Shown here in pieces: positions 14,701-26,600 of a DNA stretch of 64,000 nucleotides. The DNA comes from Bugula neritina (lineage: Eukaryota > Animalia > Bryozoa): assembly GCA_964035545.1 (NCBI GenBank), contig OZ037771.1:8673408-8737407 (forward strand). Reading direction: 5' to 3'. The position numbers and the translations under genes are program-made. A model generated the notes under the pieces. It ran no database searches, had not been told where the DNA came from, and worked only from the letters and a program-made list of their open reading frames with translations. The first letter of the stretch is position 1; the number at the start of each line of letters is the position of its first letter.

Positions 14701-15598
14701 AAAACAACCAGCGAGCTCCACGCATTATGTGCTGGCTCCAGAAGATCCCGGACTTGTCGACTTATCTCCTTCTTTTTTACTAGCCCAATCTATGAGTAAG
14801 TTGACAAATAAAGACCGTTCCCTTAGCTTGAGTCAGACCCACATCATGGTTCTCACTGCTAAACACGTCCTTGTACTCACAAAGTAACTTCGCCATGACC
14901 AGGCATTCGTCGTCATTCATGCAGCCCTGACAGGCTTCTTTGTACAAGTCCCTGACATCACTCGAGATTGGTTCCCGACCTTCCTCAAGGAATTAACGGG
15001 GATTCTCCATTATCTTCCCCTAACAACGGCCCCACATCTCCTTCCTGGACTGAGTGAAATTGGCACACTTTAGAACCAGCCAATAACTCCACTGGCACCG
15101 TGAAGAGATTTACACACTGCACTAAGATCTCTCCTTGCGCATTCAGCTAGTTTAGGCTGCTGGCGAGTTGGATCCTTTTGTGAGTGCTTTTCATCACTCC
15201 TAGTTTGGAGATCTGCCTAGTATTCACTTTGCAGTGAATGGTGGCGCGGGAGCGTCCAGGTATCGTACAGCTCTATACTACCTGTAAGCCCTCCACAAGC
15301 GGACGGCCAAACATGTCGACACAGGTGAACTCCCGCCCAGCCACAACCACTGCAGACTTGCTAAAGTAAATATGGCATTCGTGTCTTATCAAGAATGGCA
15401 TCCCAAGGATAGCATCTTCCTTGAGTTGACTGACTACAAAATATCTTGGATTGCTTGATCTCGGACTCTGCCAATCAACTAAACTATGCTGTAGAAGGGA
15501 ATACACGACCCATCCGCCAGCGTGCCGTGTTTCCCATTGTAGGGCTCCAGGCCAGCCTTGTGTCTAGCGTTAAAGGTGTCAAAGATCTGGCGACTTAA

Positions 15599-16281
15599 CC
15601 TTTATGTGATCAACTTTAAAGTTACGCAATTTTATGGCTCGTTAGAGTTTATCGCGAAAATTGCCAACAACTTTTGCATAAGTTTTAATTTCATTATTAA
15701 AAAGTTACACTAAATTTTGGCCTCATATAAACTAAGTATTATAATTTTAGAAATATTTTTTATTATAAAAAACTATTTAAAGTGACAGGAGATCGCATTT
15801 CTAGCTAAAATCAAGCATTTTGATATGACCTCTCAAAACCGCCATCTAAAAAATTGAAAATTGAAAAAGATAAAATAAATTTATAAGATAATTCAAAATA
15901 TTGTGACTTCAACATTTCTGTTTATATAAATGTTCTTTTAAATGTAATCTGAATAAATTAAATTGGCTCCGTATAATTTGACAGCAGTTTGTTGTATTTG
16001 AAAGTAGCGTCAAATTTTACAGCTAATTTTGAAACTTAGGGATCAAATTGAAAAGCAAATGGCTGGCTTAGTAGCTATTTATTTAATCAAATTTATTGAC
16101 TATTATTATCTAAAAATCACCAAGCCGCACCATCAACATTAATTATAAAAACTTTTAGGCTAAAAACTGGAAGTTTAAAGTAAGCGCTATTGTTTGTATA
16201 CGTAAAAGAGCATATTTGGTCTATTGATCTGTGGATGGTGTCCCGTAAAGGAACATATATGGTTCATTGATTGTTTAAGGA
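15599..16281. mobile_element. piggyBac-type non-autonomous element inserted in the Gypsy protease
   Basis: TTAA at 15595-15598 and 16282-16285. Removal restores NTNL-LSRQIFD. Degenerate TIRs cctttatgtgatcaa / ttgattgtttaagg. Confidence 0.75.
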
Positions 16282-17628
16282 TTAAGAGGTTAGTGTTACA
16301 CCTTGAATCCAGCAGGAAGGTGACAGCTTTACTGGCTCTCGTCCCAGGTAAGAAGTAGCTGCCACCGTAGAGTTGTACCCATACTTTCCTAGTGCGTCAG
16401 TCTTTGCAAGGGACACCCCTCTTGTTTAAGTTTGAGCTGGGACTGCATCCGACGGTTGCGGACAGGTTTTTGAGGGGCGGTTTGGAGTGGCACAGTGAAG
16501 ATAGCAGATTGGCCGTAGGGCTTGGTTGTCCTTCTTGACACTTGCCGCTCCGGTAGGAGTGCCCATCTTGTTTGCACAGACTGCCGGCGGCTCTCCCGCC
16601 GGAGAAGTCTTATCTCCGGCCTGCAGCTGGCAGAAGTTCTTGCGAGCCGGGAGAGTTCAACTTTTTCCGCATTGAAGGGCACTCTCTGCAAAGGTGCCTG
16701 CAGCTACCGCATTTTTAACGGGTGGTTACCTGCTTCTTTAGCAGCCCCTCCCGCGATCTCAAAGCTCTGTGAGTGGGTCCAGCTGCTGAAAACTGTGTAA
16801 GTGCTTCCACTAGTCTTGCTATCATGTCGGTCATTTGCGCCACCTTAGAGGCGGTCGAAGACTTGGTGAAGGGGACAACGACAAGGGTCGCCGCTTCAGC
16901 CTTGCTATAAGTAGTTGCCAACTCTGCTTTAATTTGGCCGGACCTCACATGGCTCCTGTGTAGCTTGGTGGCCAAGAAATGGGTCTCACTTTTATGCAGT
17001 GCGTCTTCAACCGTCACGGCTCCTCTAGTTAGAAACTAGCGATGGAGGCCTAGGTCATTCATTGGCTGCACAAGAGCGTCAAAAGTGTACCATTTACGGT
17101 TAACGGGTGACAGGCTATTATGCGCAATTTGCGCTAACCGTTTAACTGTGGCAGCAGATTCTTGCAGGGAGGTGCCCGGATCACGCTGCAACCCTTGCAA
17201 GCGAACTCGGGCGTATATAGGCAAGATTCCAAATTGAGTCCGTAGTGCAGCAAAAATGCTATTGACATCAGGTTCTAACTCATGGGCTTTGGCTACCCCT
17301 GGTAAAGCCAGCCTTATTTTCAGCAAGGCCACGCAATGTGGCCATTGAGTGACTGCTACCATGTCACTAAATTCTTGAACAACTTGTTCTACGTCCTCAT
17401 TGCCGGTGAAGACAGAGGCTTTCAGGCGGTACCTATCACCAGGTAGTTCTCTGTGAGTTTCCTCGCCTCCTGGCACCGGATTTTTCAGAATAATATTAAT
17501 AACAAGCTTATCTTTATCCTGCCGCAGAGGTTGCGCAGGTTCTTCTGCCATGACGAGGACTCCCGCGTTGTGCTCTGCCATTATAACCCCGATTTATTGT
17601 CCAGATAGCAGTTGCGTTGCACACAACT

Positions 17629-17646
17629 ATCTCACCGCTGCCACCA
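17629..17646 (-). promoter_or_regulatory. Primer-binding site complementary to the tRNA-Leu 3' end
   Basis: Minus strand TGGTGGCAGCGGTGAGAT, 1 nt from the LTR. 17/18 match to the recalled tRNA-Leu 3' end ATCCCACCGCTGCCACCA. Confidence 0.8.
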
Positions 17647-19727
17647 TTGCTGTAGTTTTGTGCACTACTACTTTGGTTATTATTACATGCTAGTAAATAC
17701 TACATATTTACTGTGAGGTTATGTGCAGAATCGTACGAGTTGATCATTTAACAAGAGAACTATATTGTTTATGAGTTACGCACGATCAGAAATTAGTATA
17801 AGTACAAAAGAGAAAAGAGTACAATAGCCAAAACAATTACATAAAGTCAACCTAGTTATTTACTATTACTGTCCAAGATTGTTGTGGGTGCTGGAAGGCA
17901 TTGCTTCTATACATGGAGTGGATTCAGATTGGATGACACAAGATTCCAGCGGCGTCGTCCGCAGTTGCTGGGGGTGTCGCCCGTAATTATTAGTAGGGTA
18001 CCGCATAGAAATGCGGCATGACTTGGAGTTGTCGTCTTTGACCATAATCTATAGAGTTGCGTGTAGTAGGGGATATACTGGAGGGTATATTTCCCCTAAC
18101 CATTACACCATGTAAATTATGCCTGCGCTTTTTGCTTTTTGAAATAAGCAGTTGAAACCTTGCTTGGTCAGGTTCCAACAATATTTTAAAAAGTCAATCA
18201 CGTAATCTAAAACGAACAAACTCATCTACCAGCAGACCAATTAAAGTTGCTCGTTTGGCGCAATTGATGCAGTGGTTTGATCACGCGGTCCAAAACTAAC
18301 AAAATTTGCATTCGTGTATGTTTGGTTTGATATTCGTCCAATTTGTTGACTGTTTGAATAAGCTATTGGAGTGGCTCCAGTGAGCTGTACAGGATAGAGG
18401 GAAGAACAGTGTGACAATGCAAGTTGTTAGTATGCCTTGTTAGTTTTCTTATATAGGTACCGGTATATGTATTAATAACATATAAAATAAGATATCCCAA
18501 TTATGTATTGATCAGAAATAAAATGACTATATCAATGTTTTCTTCCTATACGAAAGCCCAAAAGTTCTTTTGTACAAATCATGCTTATTTCTCTCTCGAA
18601 GCTAGCTTTGCAACAGTAAAGTAAATATTTCAATATTTTCATTAGATCTCCTTTTTAAAATTTAGTTTTACAGTTTACTAAATTTCAGAATTAGCTAATC
18701 TGTATAGAAAATTGTAAAAATTGAAATGAGACTCTTTGTTAAAAGAAATATTTGCATGATTAATTTTTCCATTTGCCATCTTTATTAAAATAAGTAACTT
18801 GGAAGTTTCACTGCCATGGTTTAGTCACTCAGTGAGTTATTGCTCAAAAATTATCAAATGTAAAATATTTTTTTAATGAGCAAGTCAAAGCTTTGCAGCA
18901 GCAGTTGGTCCTGCTTTGATTCATACATGTGTGTGACCCACTAAGGGGATGCTCGTTTTATACTGTAGGTTTCAGGAGCTGGATGCCCACAGATCACCAC
19001 TCATTTATTGCCATGCATTACTTTGACTACACTTGTCCACTTACTCAAAGTGTGTACACAGTGTGGGGATTGACTGCTAGATTACTGATACTTATATCTT
19101 CTCTTGCTTTTCAAACTGTCCCACAATTTAATTTATGTAATTCTAAGCAGTTTTATTATAGTTTCCTTGATGAGTCACATATGGTACAGATAAATCATAT
19201 ATGGTACAGCTTTTCGTGTCCAAACTTTAGTAATGACATCCAGGAAAGCTTTATATTTGTTTAAAAGTTGGTGACTTTTATAATGTTTTCTGACTTATAA
19301 ATTTTTGTTGTATGTAATAATTACTTACAAGTGCAATTATAGTGTGAATATATTGTTTCTAATTTTTATTTTATTGATTTATTCCAGAAAAATAATCATC
19401 AGTAATTACAATAAATCTTCATGTAAGTCTTCAAGTTATTGGTAACATCAGAGTATAGAAAGAACAGAAAAAATACGAAAAACAATTATATATATATATA
19501 TATATATATATTTAATGTATAATATTTAATGTTTATATGATGTATATATGATGTATATATAATATAATACATTCAAATATTATACATGCATACATACATA
19601 TACACAGTCCATGTATACAAAGTAACAGCCTCTGAGTCAAGGAGTGCACCTGTAATCATGATTATCTTTTGCTGGAAATCCTCATAACTTTTATAAACAA
19701 TTACAAACTATCTAAGTTCACAGCTGA

Positions 19728-20642
19728 CTACCTTATTTCTATGTTAACAACAGATGTTGTTACTGTTGATGAAGTAGCTTTGCTCTCTGAAGTAGTTATT
19801 TTAAATTTACTCCATGTTTTAACTGAAGTTACACAATTCCAACTAATGAGATTTGCACCAGTGATTAGCACACCTTGAGACTCTACGAAAATTTGCATGA
19901 TTAGCCACACTAAGTCATCATTGCTTGCCGTAGCTGCGAAAAGCATGATCCAGCCTAAGCCCAGACAAATAGAAACCTTGAAGCATGTAATAATGTTCTT
20001 TTTTAGCCTCACTTTATCCTGTTTTAAAGCAGCTGCACCTGCCCTGAATATTTTTACCATGACGACAATGCCTATTATACAATTTGTAACTATCAATATG
20101 TATATAGGCACAAGGTACAAAGCTAAACGTATGGTAGTGTCACCAAGAAAGCATACACCTGCACCACTGTAAATATCCTGGCTAATAGAGAGTTGACTAG
20201 TAGAGAGTATATATGTTATCATAGTGCAAACCAAAGGCAGTCCTAATGCATATACACTGAACAACACAAAAGGTTTATGTGACCTTGACACAAGTCTCAT
20301 GGAATATAAACTGCGCACTATACTAATTGCCATGCAGTTGCTCCACGTGAGTGATGCAAGAAAGAAGAACTGCGTAATGGCTGCTATAGCTTGACAACCA
20401 GCTTCGTCTCTCCCGATCGGTAAGTTTATAAGTGAAAAGCACAAAAGAGCCCCAAATAAGCAAATCAGAAGTGAAACCATCATAGTATCAGGTAAGCTGA
20501 GAGGCTTTTTCTTTCTCAGCATAATTAGAATAATGTTACAGACTATGGCAAAAAGGGAGGCACCCAGAAGAACATAGTCGTGAATTCCAAAAGTTAATTT
20601 TGGTCCAGGATTCAATGCTGTTGTGTTGATCACTTCAAGGAC
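19728..20642 (-). CDS. Gene B exon 10: whole 7TM domain and Ser/Thr-rich tail
   Basis: ttttag|GTC CTT GAA, phase 0; seven hydrophobic segments; family-B motifs. Confidence 0.92.
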   Translation of the reverse strand, partial: VLEVINTTALNPGPKLTFGIHDYVLLGASLFAIVCNIILIMLRKKKPLSLPDTMMVSLLICLFGALLCFSLINLPIGRDEAGCQAIAAITQFFFLASLTWSNCMAISIVRSLYSMRLVSRSHKPFVLFSVYALGLPLVCTMITYILSTSQLSISQDIYSGAGVCFLGDTTIRLALYLVPIYILIVTNCIIGIVVMVKIFRAGAAALKQDKVRLKKNIITCFKVSICLGLGWIMLFAATASNDDLVWLIMQIFVESQGVLITGANLISWNCVTSVKTWSKFKITTSESKATSSTVTTSVVNIEIR

Positions 20643-23600
20643 CTAAAACCACAAAGTATAGTGTTCTAGCGGTAACGTACATATTTAAATTGAATTGCCA
20701 TTCCAAATGACTTGAAGTTGTAATCTATGAATAGAAAGAACTTCAATATACACATATGTAAATAAAGGAGTGAAATGTTATATTAACATAAACAAGCTTT
20801 ATAAATAAAACTAAATATTTATCTCAAATAATTTCACTGTCGAAACTGATAAAATAATCTTGTAGCTATATAGTAGCTACAGGTAGGTTCTTGCTGTTAC
20901 ATTATAAAATACTTACGAGTGAGTGTGACAAAAGAAAGAATAAAAAACCTACCCGAAGCCCATTGGCTGAAAGTTGGATTTGTCTATATGCTTGGTTTGA
21001 CAACTGTGAGATTATGGATTTGTTGGAGCAGAACATAATAGAGTCATTTGAGCTTCTCCACATTGGAACTGAAGTTGTTTTTTCTTCTAGTGGATATCTT
21101 GCAATACCGAAAACTGCACTTCCAACACTGTGACCCGAAGAACCTGGCACATATACATTATCAGTTGGCAGTTTAGAGCTAGCATTCATTCCACCAGTTT
21201 CATTTGGAAAACACTGGTGCATTTCTTCGCCGCATAAGTCAGTGATAAGAAAGCCATTTGTGAAGACCGTACTATTTACCAATTCCTCCAAAATAAGTTC
21301 ACGTAAGACACTAGTTGAGTTGTCTATTTTACTGCACACAGATTGAGGGTCCTGTACACATCTTCCGCAACACTGCCAAGAGCTCAGTCTAATGGTTGTG
21401 ATATAACTACGCAGCGACACTTGAACTGATTCAGCGAATAAATCTTCTAGGGAGCCACCAGTCACAATTTCACCGTATTCTATTGGGTACTTTGAATCGC
21501 AGATGGCACAGAAGTAGTTGCGGAATACTATGTTATTGAAATATACAAATGAAACTGGTCCCCTCTCACAGTCCTCACTCAGCTTCCATTCTGAGTACAT
21601 GTCAGGACATTTGTTCCTATATGTTTTGCCCATTGGACATTCGTAGAAGTAGTCTGAGTCATCCAGTGACAATGTGTATGAGTCAAAATGACATTCTCCT
21701 CTGAAATACAAAAAAACCAATTTTAAAGTAATAATATAGATCTAGCAGCTTCAACTGATAATAAAAAAAACAATGGCGCCTAAAAAGGTGGTGTACATGA
21801 AGCACCAAAAAAGGTGCTAAATTTATGCAACAACTCACTTATTAACTACATTAATTTATTAACTATGTTAGCATGCACATAGTGCATTATATCATTAAGT
21901 TATTGTGTAGAAAAAGTATAACGTGAAACATTTTTAGCATTTCATGAAGTTTAACTTACACGATGTTACCAAGTTGATCCTGCTCACATTTCACTGCTAC
22001 ATCCCAGAATGTGGTGTTTGTGGCTTTATTGCATCTTGCACAGTGTATATTCTTATATCTGAAAAAATTATCAAGAAAATGGCAGTATTTTACTTTATTG
22101 ACTATACTAAAATAAGATTAAGAGCAAATGCTTTGTTTGCACTGAATATATTACTGTACTTGTAAGTCCCTACACAATAATAAATTAAAAAGATCAGTAA
22201 GTTTTGCTGAATAAGGTGTGCATCACATAGCTAAACAACTTCGCTGGTCAATTACAACAGTATAACTTGCCTAAGTATTTGAAATTTCATGATTTATTCA
22301 TTTGTAAATAACCCCACGGTGTTCCGTTACTCAACCACAAAGTCCAAATATATACATTAGACAACATACGTCAAACGAGTGTTCATGTCAAGGACGAGCC
22401 AGCCATAGAGACTCCATTCCCCAACATCCCCCATGGAACACTGAGATTTCTCTTCAACACTGGCTTCCTGTGGGCAAGAGGTGACAACTACTGTCCCTGT
22501 TATAGCAGACCTGTATACATCATAACAAACCCAGTCCATTCTCTCGTCAGGGTCACGCATTTCCACTTCAACATCTTGGCAGCAGGTTCCAAAATATTGA
22601 CATCTTTGATCACACCTTTGAAACAGAGCAATACAAACTACACTCACCTGTCTATTGGTGCATGTCTATAAACTGGGAAACCATCACCATAAAACAATCA
22701 TATTTCAAGTATTTCTGTAAAATAAACGCCAAACTATGTTGTTACATGGTGAGATTGATAAAAAATATGTAGGTGCCAACACTTACTCGCAGTTTTTGTA
22801 TTGAGTCGTTACACCACATAAACTAAAATATTTAGCTATTTCAGCTACAGTCCATAGAAACGTTCTCTGCATCTGAACTTGAGGATCATAGGAGAAGTCC
22901 TCAACTCTCACACAAGAATTGGACAAGTCTTGGACGTGGTTGTAAGCACAGCCAGGGCCAGAGCATTGAATGGAATCTGTTGCTTCGGGGAACATAATTA
23001 GTTTTCCACACACGCTGCTGTAGTCACTCAAGCAATACATACTTCCTAAGTCCCACATCTTTGGTACCTCTACTGTCAAATTATAATTATTTACAGATTA
23101 TTATATTATAAACACACTGTTTACATCATGAGCAGCAGTGTATGCATATACACTAGAGAACCAAATAGTTCAACATTGACTCATCGTTGAGATTTTGTGC
23201 TCACAACATTATTTACTAGCAGCCCATGTTTCAACATTGAGTGAATGGCTTTAAGAGAGCAAATGATAAAATACATAATAACACATAATAAATTCATATA
23301 TTTGGGAGTTTTTTCTTATATTGGATTTAAGGCCCTTTGTTTATAATGTTGGGAGACAAGCAGAAATGAGGCTAGGATATCAGACATCTTTTAGCATAGC
23401 TTGGTATGCCTCAAAGACTGTTTCTAGCTTTTTATTTGCTGAAAATAGTCACTATGTTCCCACTGCCTCACATTATGGAAATGAATGTTTTTTCTATGTT
23501 TGGGAACAGTTGCATGGAATGAAATCACAACCATAGGTTAATGCAAACCGCAACTACAAATCCCTTCATGTAGGATCAATTCGTTGTTATGGGAACTCGT

Positions 23601-26600
23601 GGTGAATGTGAAGCCTTTGCAGCTTCAAAAAATAAAAAAGCCATATTGAGAAGAATTTATATAACATTACCATTACTTTACGCGTGATTGCATTGCAATA
23701 TTTTATACTAAGTATTATCACACGACTCACTAGGTATCTAGTGATCAGTTGGGATTAGGACATAATGAAACCTGCATAATTGAGTTTTCGTATAACACCT
23801 TCTATAAACCTGTGCCTGTAACAACGACCAATCACCTTTAACACTTGAATACATTAACCTATTAAACTATTCTTATATACTATTGCTACAGGTTTCTATA
23901 ATAAAGGTAACGAGGGGGGCACAACGTTCACAGGGCTACAAAAAGTAGGTCAAATTGTGAGAGAACGTATTGACTTAGAGTTGTGATTTTCTAAATAAAA
24001 GTGTAATGACATAACTATTCAACCATTGTAGTTTCAACACTTGCGGAGCATACATGTTGAAGAGGCAAGTCAAAAACTGTTTTTACCTACTTTTTGTAAA
24101 TTTTTAAGATGTCACTAAAGCTTTATAACTTTTTACCCTCAAAGGTAACAACTAACAAGCCTAGTTTTACTGATATTGTTGTCATTGTTGTCTACATTGA
24201 TTAAATAGCATAATAGCAAACTCTAAAATAATTTTTCCTCGAGCCACATTTATTTTTAACTCGGCCACACGGGGCACAATGGGCCATGCTTACCATTGCA
24301 CCCTGATTACTGTTATTAATCTGTTTGCCCGAAAAACTATTTGAAATGTTAATAAAATCTATATTTATACCCATTTCTGACCTTCTTTTTGTGAAATATC
24401 AAACTGACCTAATATATATACATCTGGTGGGGTTATATATTTGCCATTTTATACATCATACAAAACACTCTGTTGTTGCTACTAATAGATAGTTATGATA
24501 TTCATTATACATTATATCATTGTGGAAGTATACATTTAAATCTGACTAAAATAGATTGTGATTTGCTCATTTTCTCCCCCCTCCCTTTCGCACTCCTGCC
24601 ACAAACTTCAGCCACCTTAGCTACAGTTCATAGAAGAAAGTCTACTCGGAATTTCGTAGTACGAAAGTTTTTTCTGATGAAAGTTCTTGTGAAGTGAAAA
24701 TATAAAAAGCATTTTTAGTTCTACAGTCTAAAGAGTAATGATGATGGCGCCGTAGAAATGAATGATGTGCGTTTGATTTTGCTTTCCCCTGCTTTCTGTA
24801 GTAGTACAAACTGTACAGCTAAAACATGATGTTTGCTGCAGCTCTGAAAGAGTATTTTTATTTACTTGTGCATATTAAAAAAGTAAAAATCAGATGCAAC
24901 CAAATTTATAATGTTTCAATTTATTTGTTGTGTAACGTTTGCCCCAGTTTATAGTAACAGGTTGCACTGGTGGAGTTTTAATGATGTTTATTAAACCAAT
25001 GTGAAACTGCAATAATACAATAAAACTATCAGATAATAAAGGCATTAATGAAAAAAAAATGAAACATAAACATTACAAAATTGTTGTATAACAATATTCA
25101 ACATACCTCTATTGCCCTTCCTGAGGAAAGTTAGAATTAAATATATAAAGTTGTAATATTGAGAAGTCAAATATATATCATGCATAGAATGCTGTTACTC
25201 AATCAGAAAATGACTAGTGAGAACTCTAACACAAGTCTTATAGTCAGTGGAATTAATACACCAGCCTGGAATGAAAGCATAAGGCAACAGAATGCTATAA
25301 TCTTTGGCTACGAGTTATAAAAAAGCTGACAGCTATTGTGGTTACAAAAATCATTGCTTTGTAACAGTGAACTCAAAGCTATCTGTGGTTTGCAAAGCCG
25401 TAGCTAAGTGAGTAGCTGAGTGATAATATAAATGAATGATGATGAATGGTCCTATGCTACTGCAGGTAATGCTTTGAATATATTGTGCAAACAAGTTAAA
25501 GAAACTGTAGTAATGTGTAATACTACACTCCATCTAAAATTTAGAATGAAATTTTACTATTTATCACCAAAGACACTGCAGACTGAGTGATCTCGGCTGG
25601 CTACTCATGGGAAATACTACTCAACATAATGGTCACAAGAACCCGCGCAATTCGCTTGCGATAGTAAACCTTAGTCTTACAACCCACAACCAGAGAAAGC
25701 ATTTCATTCAAGATACAGGCAGACAGTCACAATAAAAATGCCAACCTCGAAGCCAAAATTTTAAAGATTCTAAGTTCTGACTTTCATTCAGATCCGTCCG
25801 ATGAAAATTCAAAGATTTCAATCGATGACATCAACTTCCTGAAACTCATGAAGGAGCAAACATACAAAGATATAAAGGGTCACATCACTATGCCTCTTTC
25901 ATTAAAACTTCATCCTGGTCCGAACAAATTTAAATACATGGCACTCAATCGATTCAAAAATCTTCAAAAGAAATTAACTGATTCTACTTTCTCTGAGCAT
26001 TATCACGTGCTAGTTCAAAAATAAAAGCTCTGCAATTGAAAGCTAAAGCAAAGTCTGCAGCTTTCAAACAAAAGCTTGAGTCATCAAAAAGTACTCATGC
26101 ACTAGAAATGCAAGCCAAACAATTGGCAATGGCTATAGAGCAAAGCAAAATTCAAGTGGAACTCGATGCTGGTAAAGCTAAAGAAAAGGTCCTTTCTGAG
26201 GCTAGGGAAGATGAAGGCAGTGTTTCACTTTTTTATTCGCTACCTCAACCTAACTTCACACAGTCACATGCCAAACTTGATAACCCAGCCAAATCTTCCC
26301 CTATTGTGCTTCCAGCACCTGCACCTAACTTTAAACAATCGCATGTCAAGACCCATAATCCGGTCAAATCTTTCCCTATCATACCTTTGGTATCTGCACC
26401 TAGGACTCAGGCTAAACATCCTATCACCAACCTTCAGCTTTACCAAGCACCAGTCGACCCCACTCAATACCCTACAAAGAGCCCTGTAGATGTCACTCCA
26501 TCATTGAACATCAGCTCTGATTTTGATCAACAAGCATTTGCTAACACACTAGCACAAGCTATCCACACAATAAAACTGAAACCTGCCTAGCCCACTGTGT

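Larger units (their letters stand above)
11990..18416 (-). mobile_element. Old degenerate Ty3/Gypsy LTR retrotransposon (gag-PR-RT-RH-IN pseudogene)
   Basis: 5' LTR 17648-18416 (TG..CA), truncated 3' LTR 11990-~12212, ATGC on both outer flanks (possible TSD). PR FLLDSxCNTNLLS, RT LIYLDDV (~14345-14370), RH SKALSAAEKNYCTTRKELLA, IN DQGVQF...NGFVER. Many frameshifts and stops. Confidence 0.9.

Noticed and set aside
21944-22165. Plus-strand 73-aa ORF conserved in both copies (also 53056-53277)
   Set aside because: Antisense to exon 8; conservation is explained by the recent duplication.
23900-24930. Possible DNA transposon hosting the BEL element (ggggcacaa motifs)
   Set aside because: No paired TIRs or TSD could be defined.
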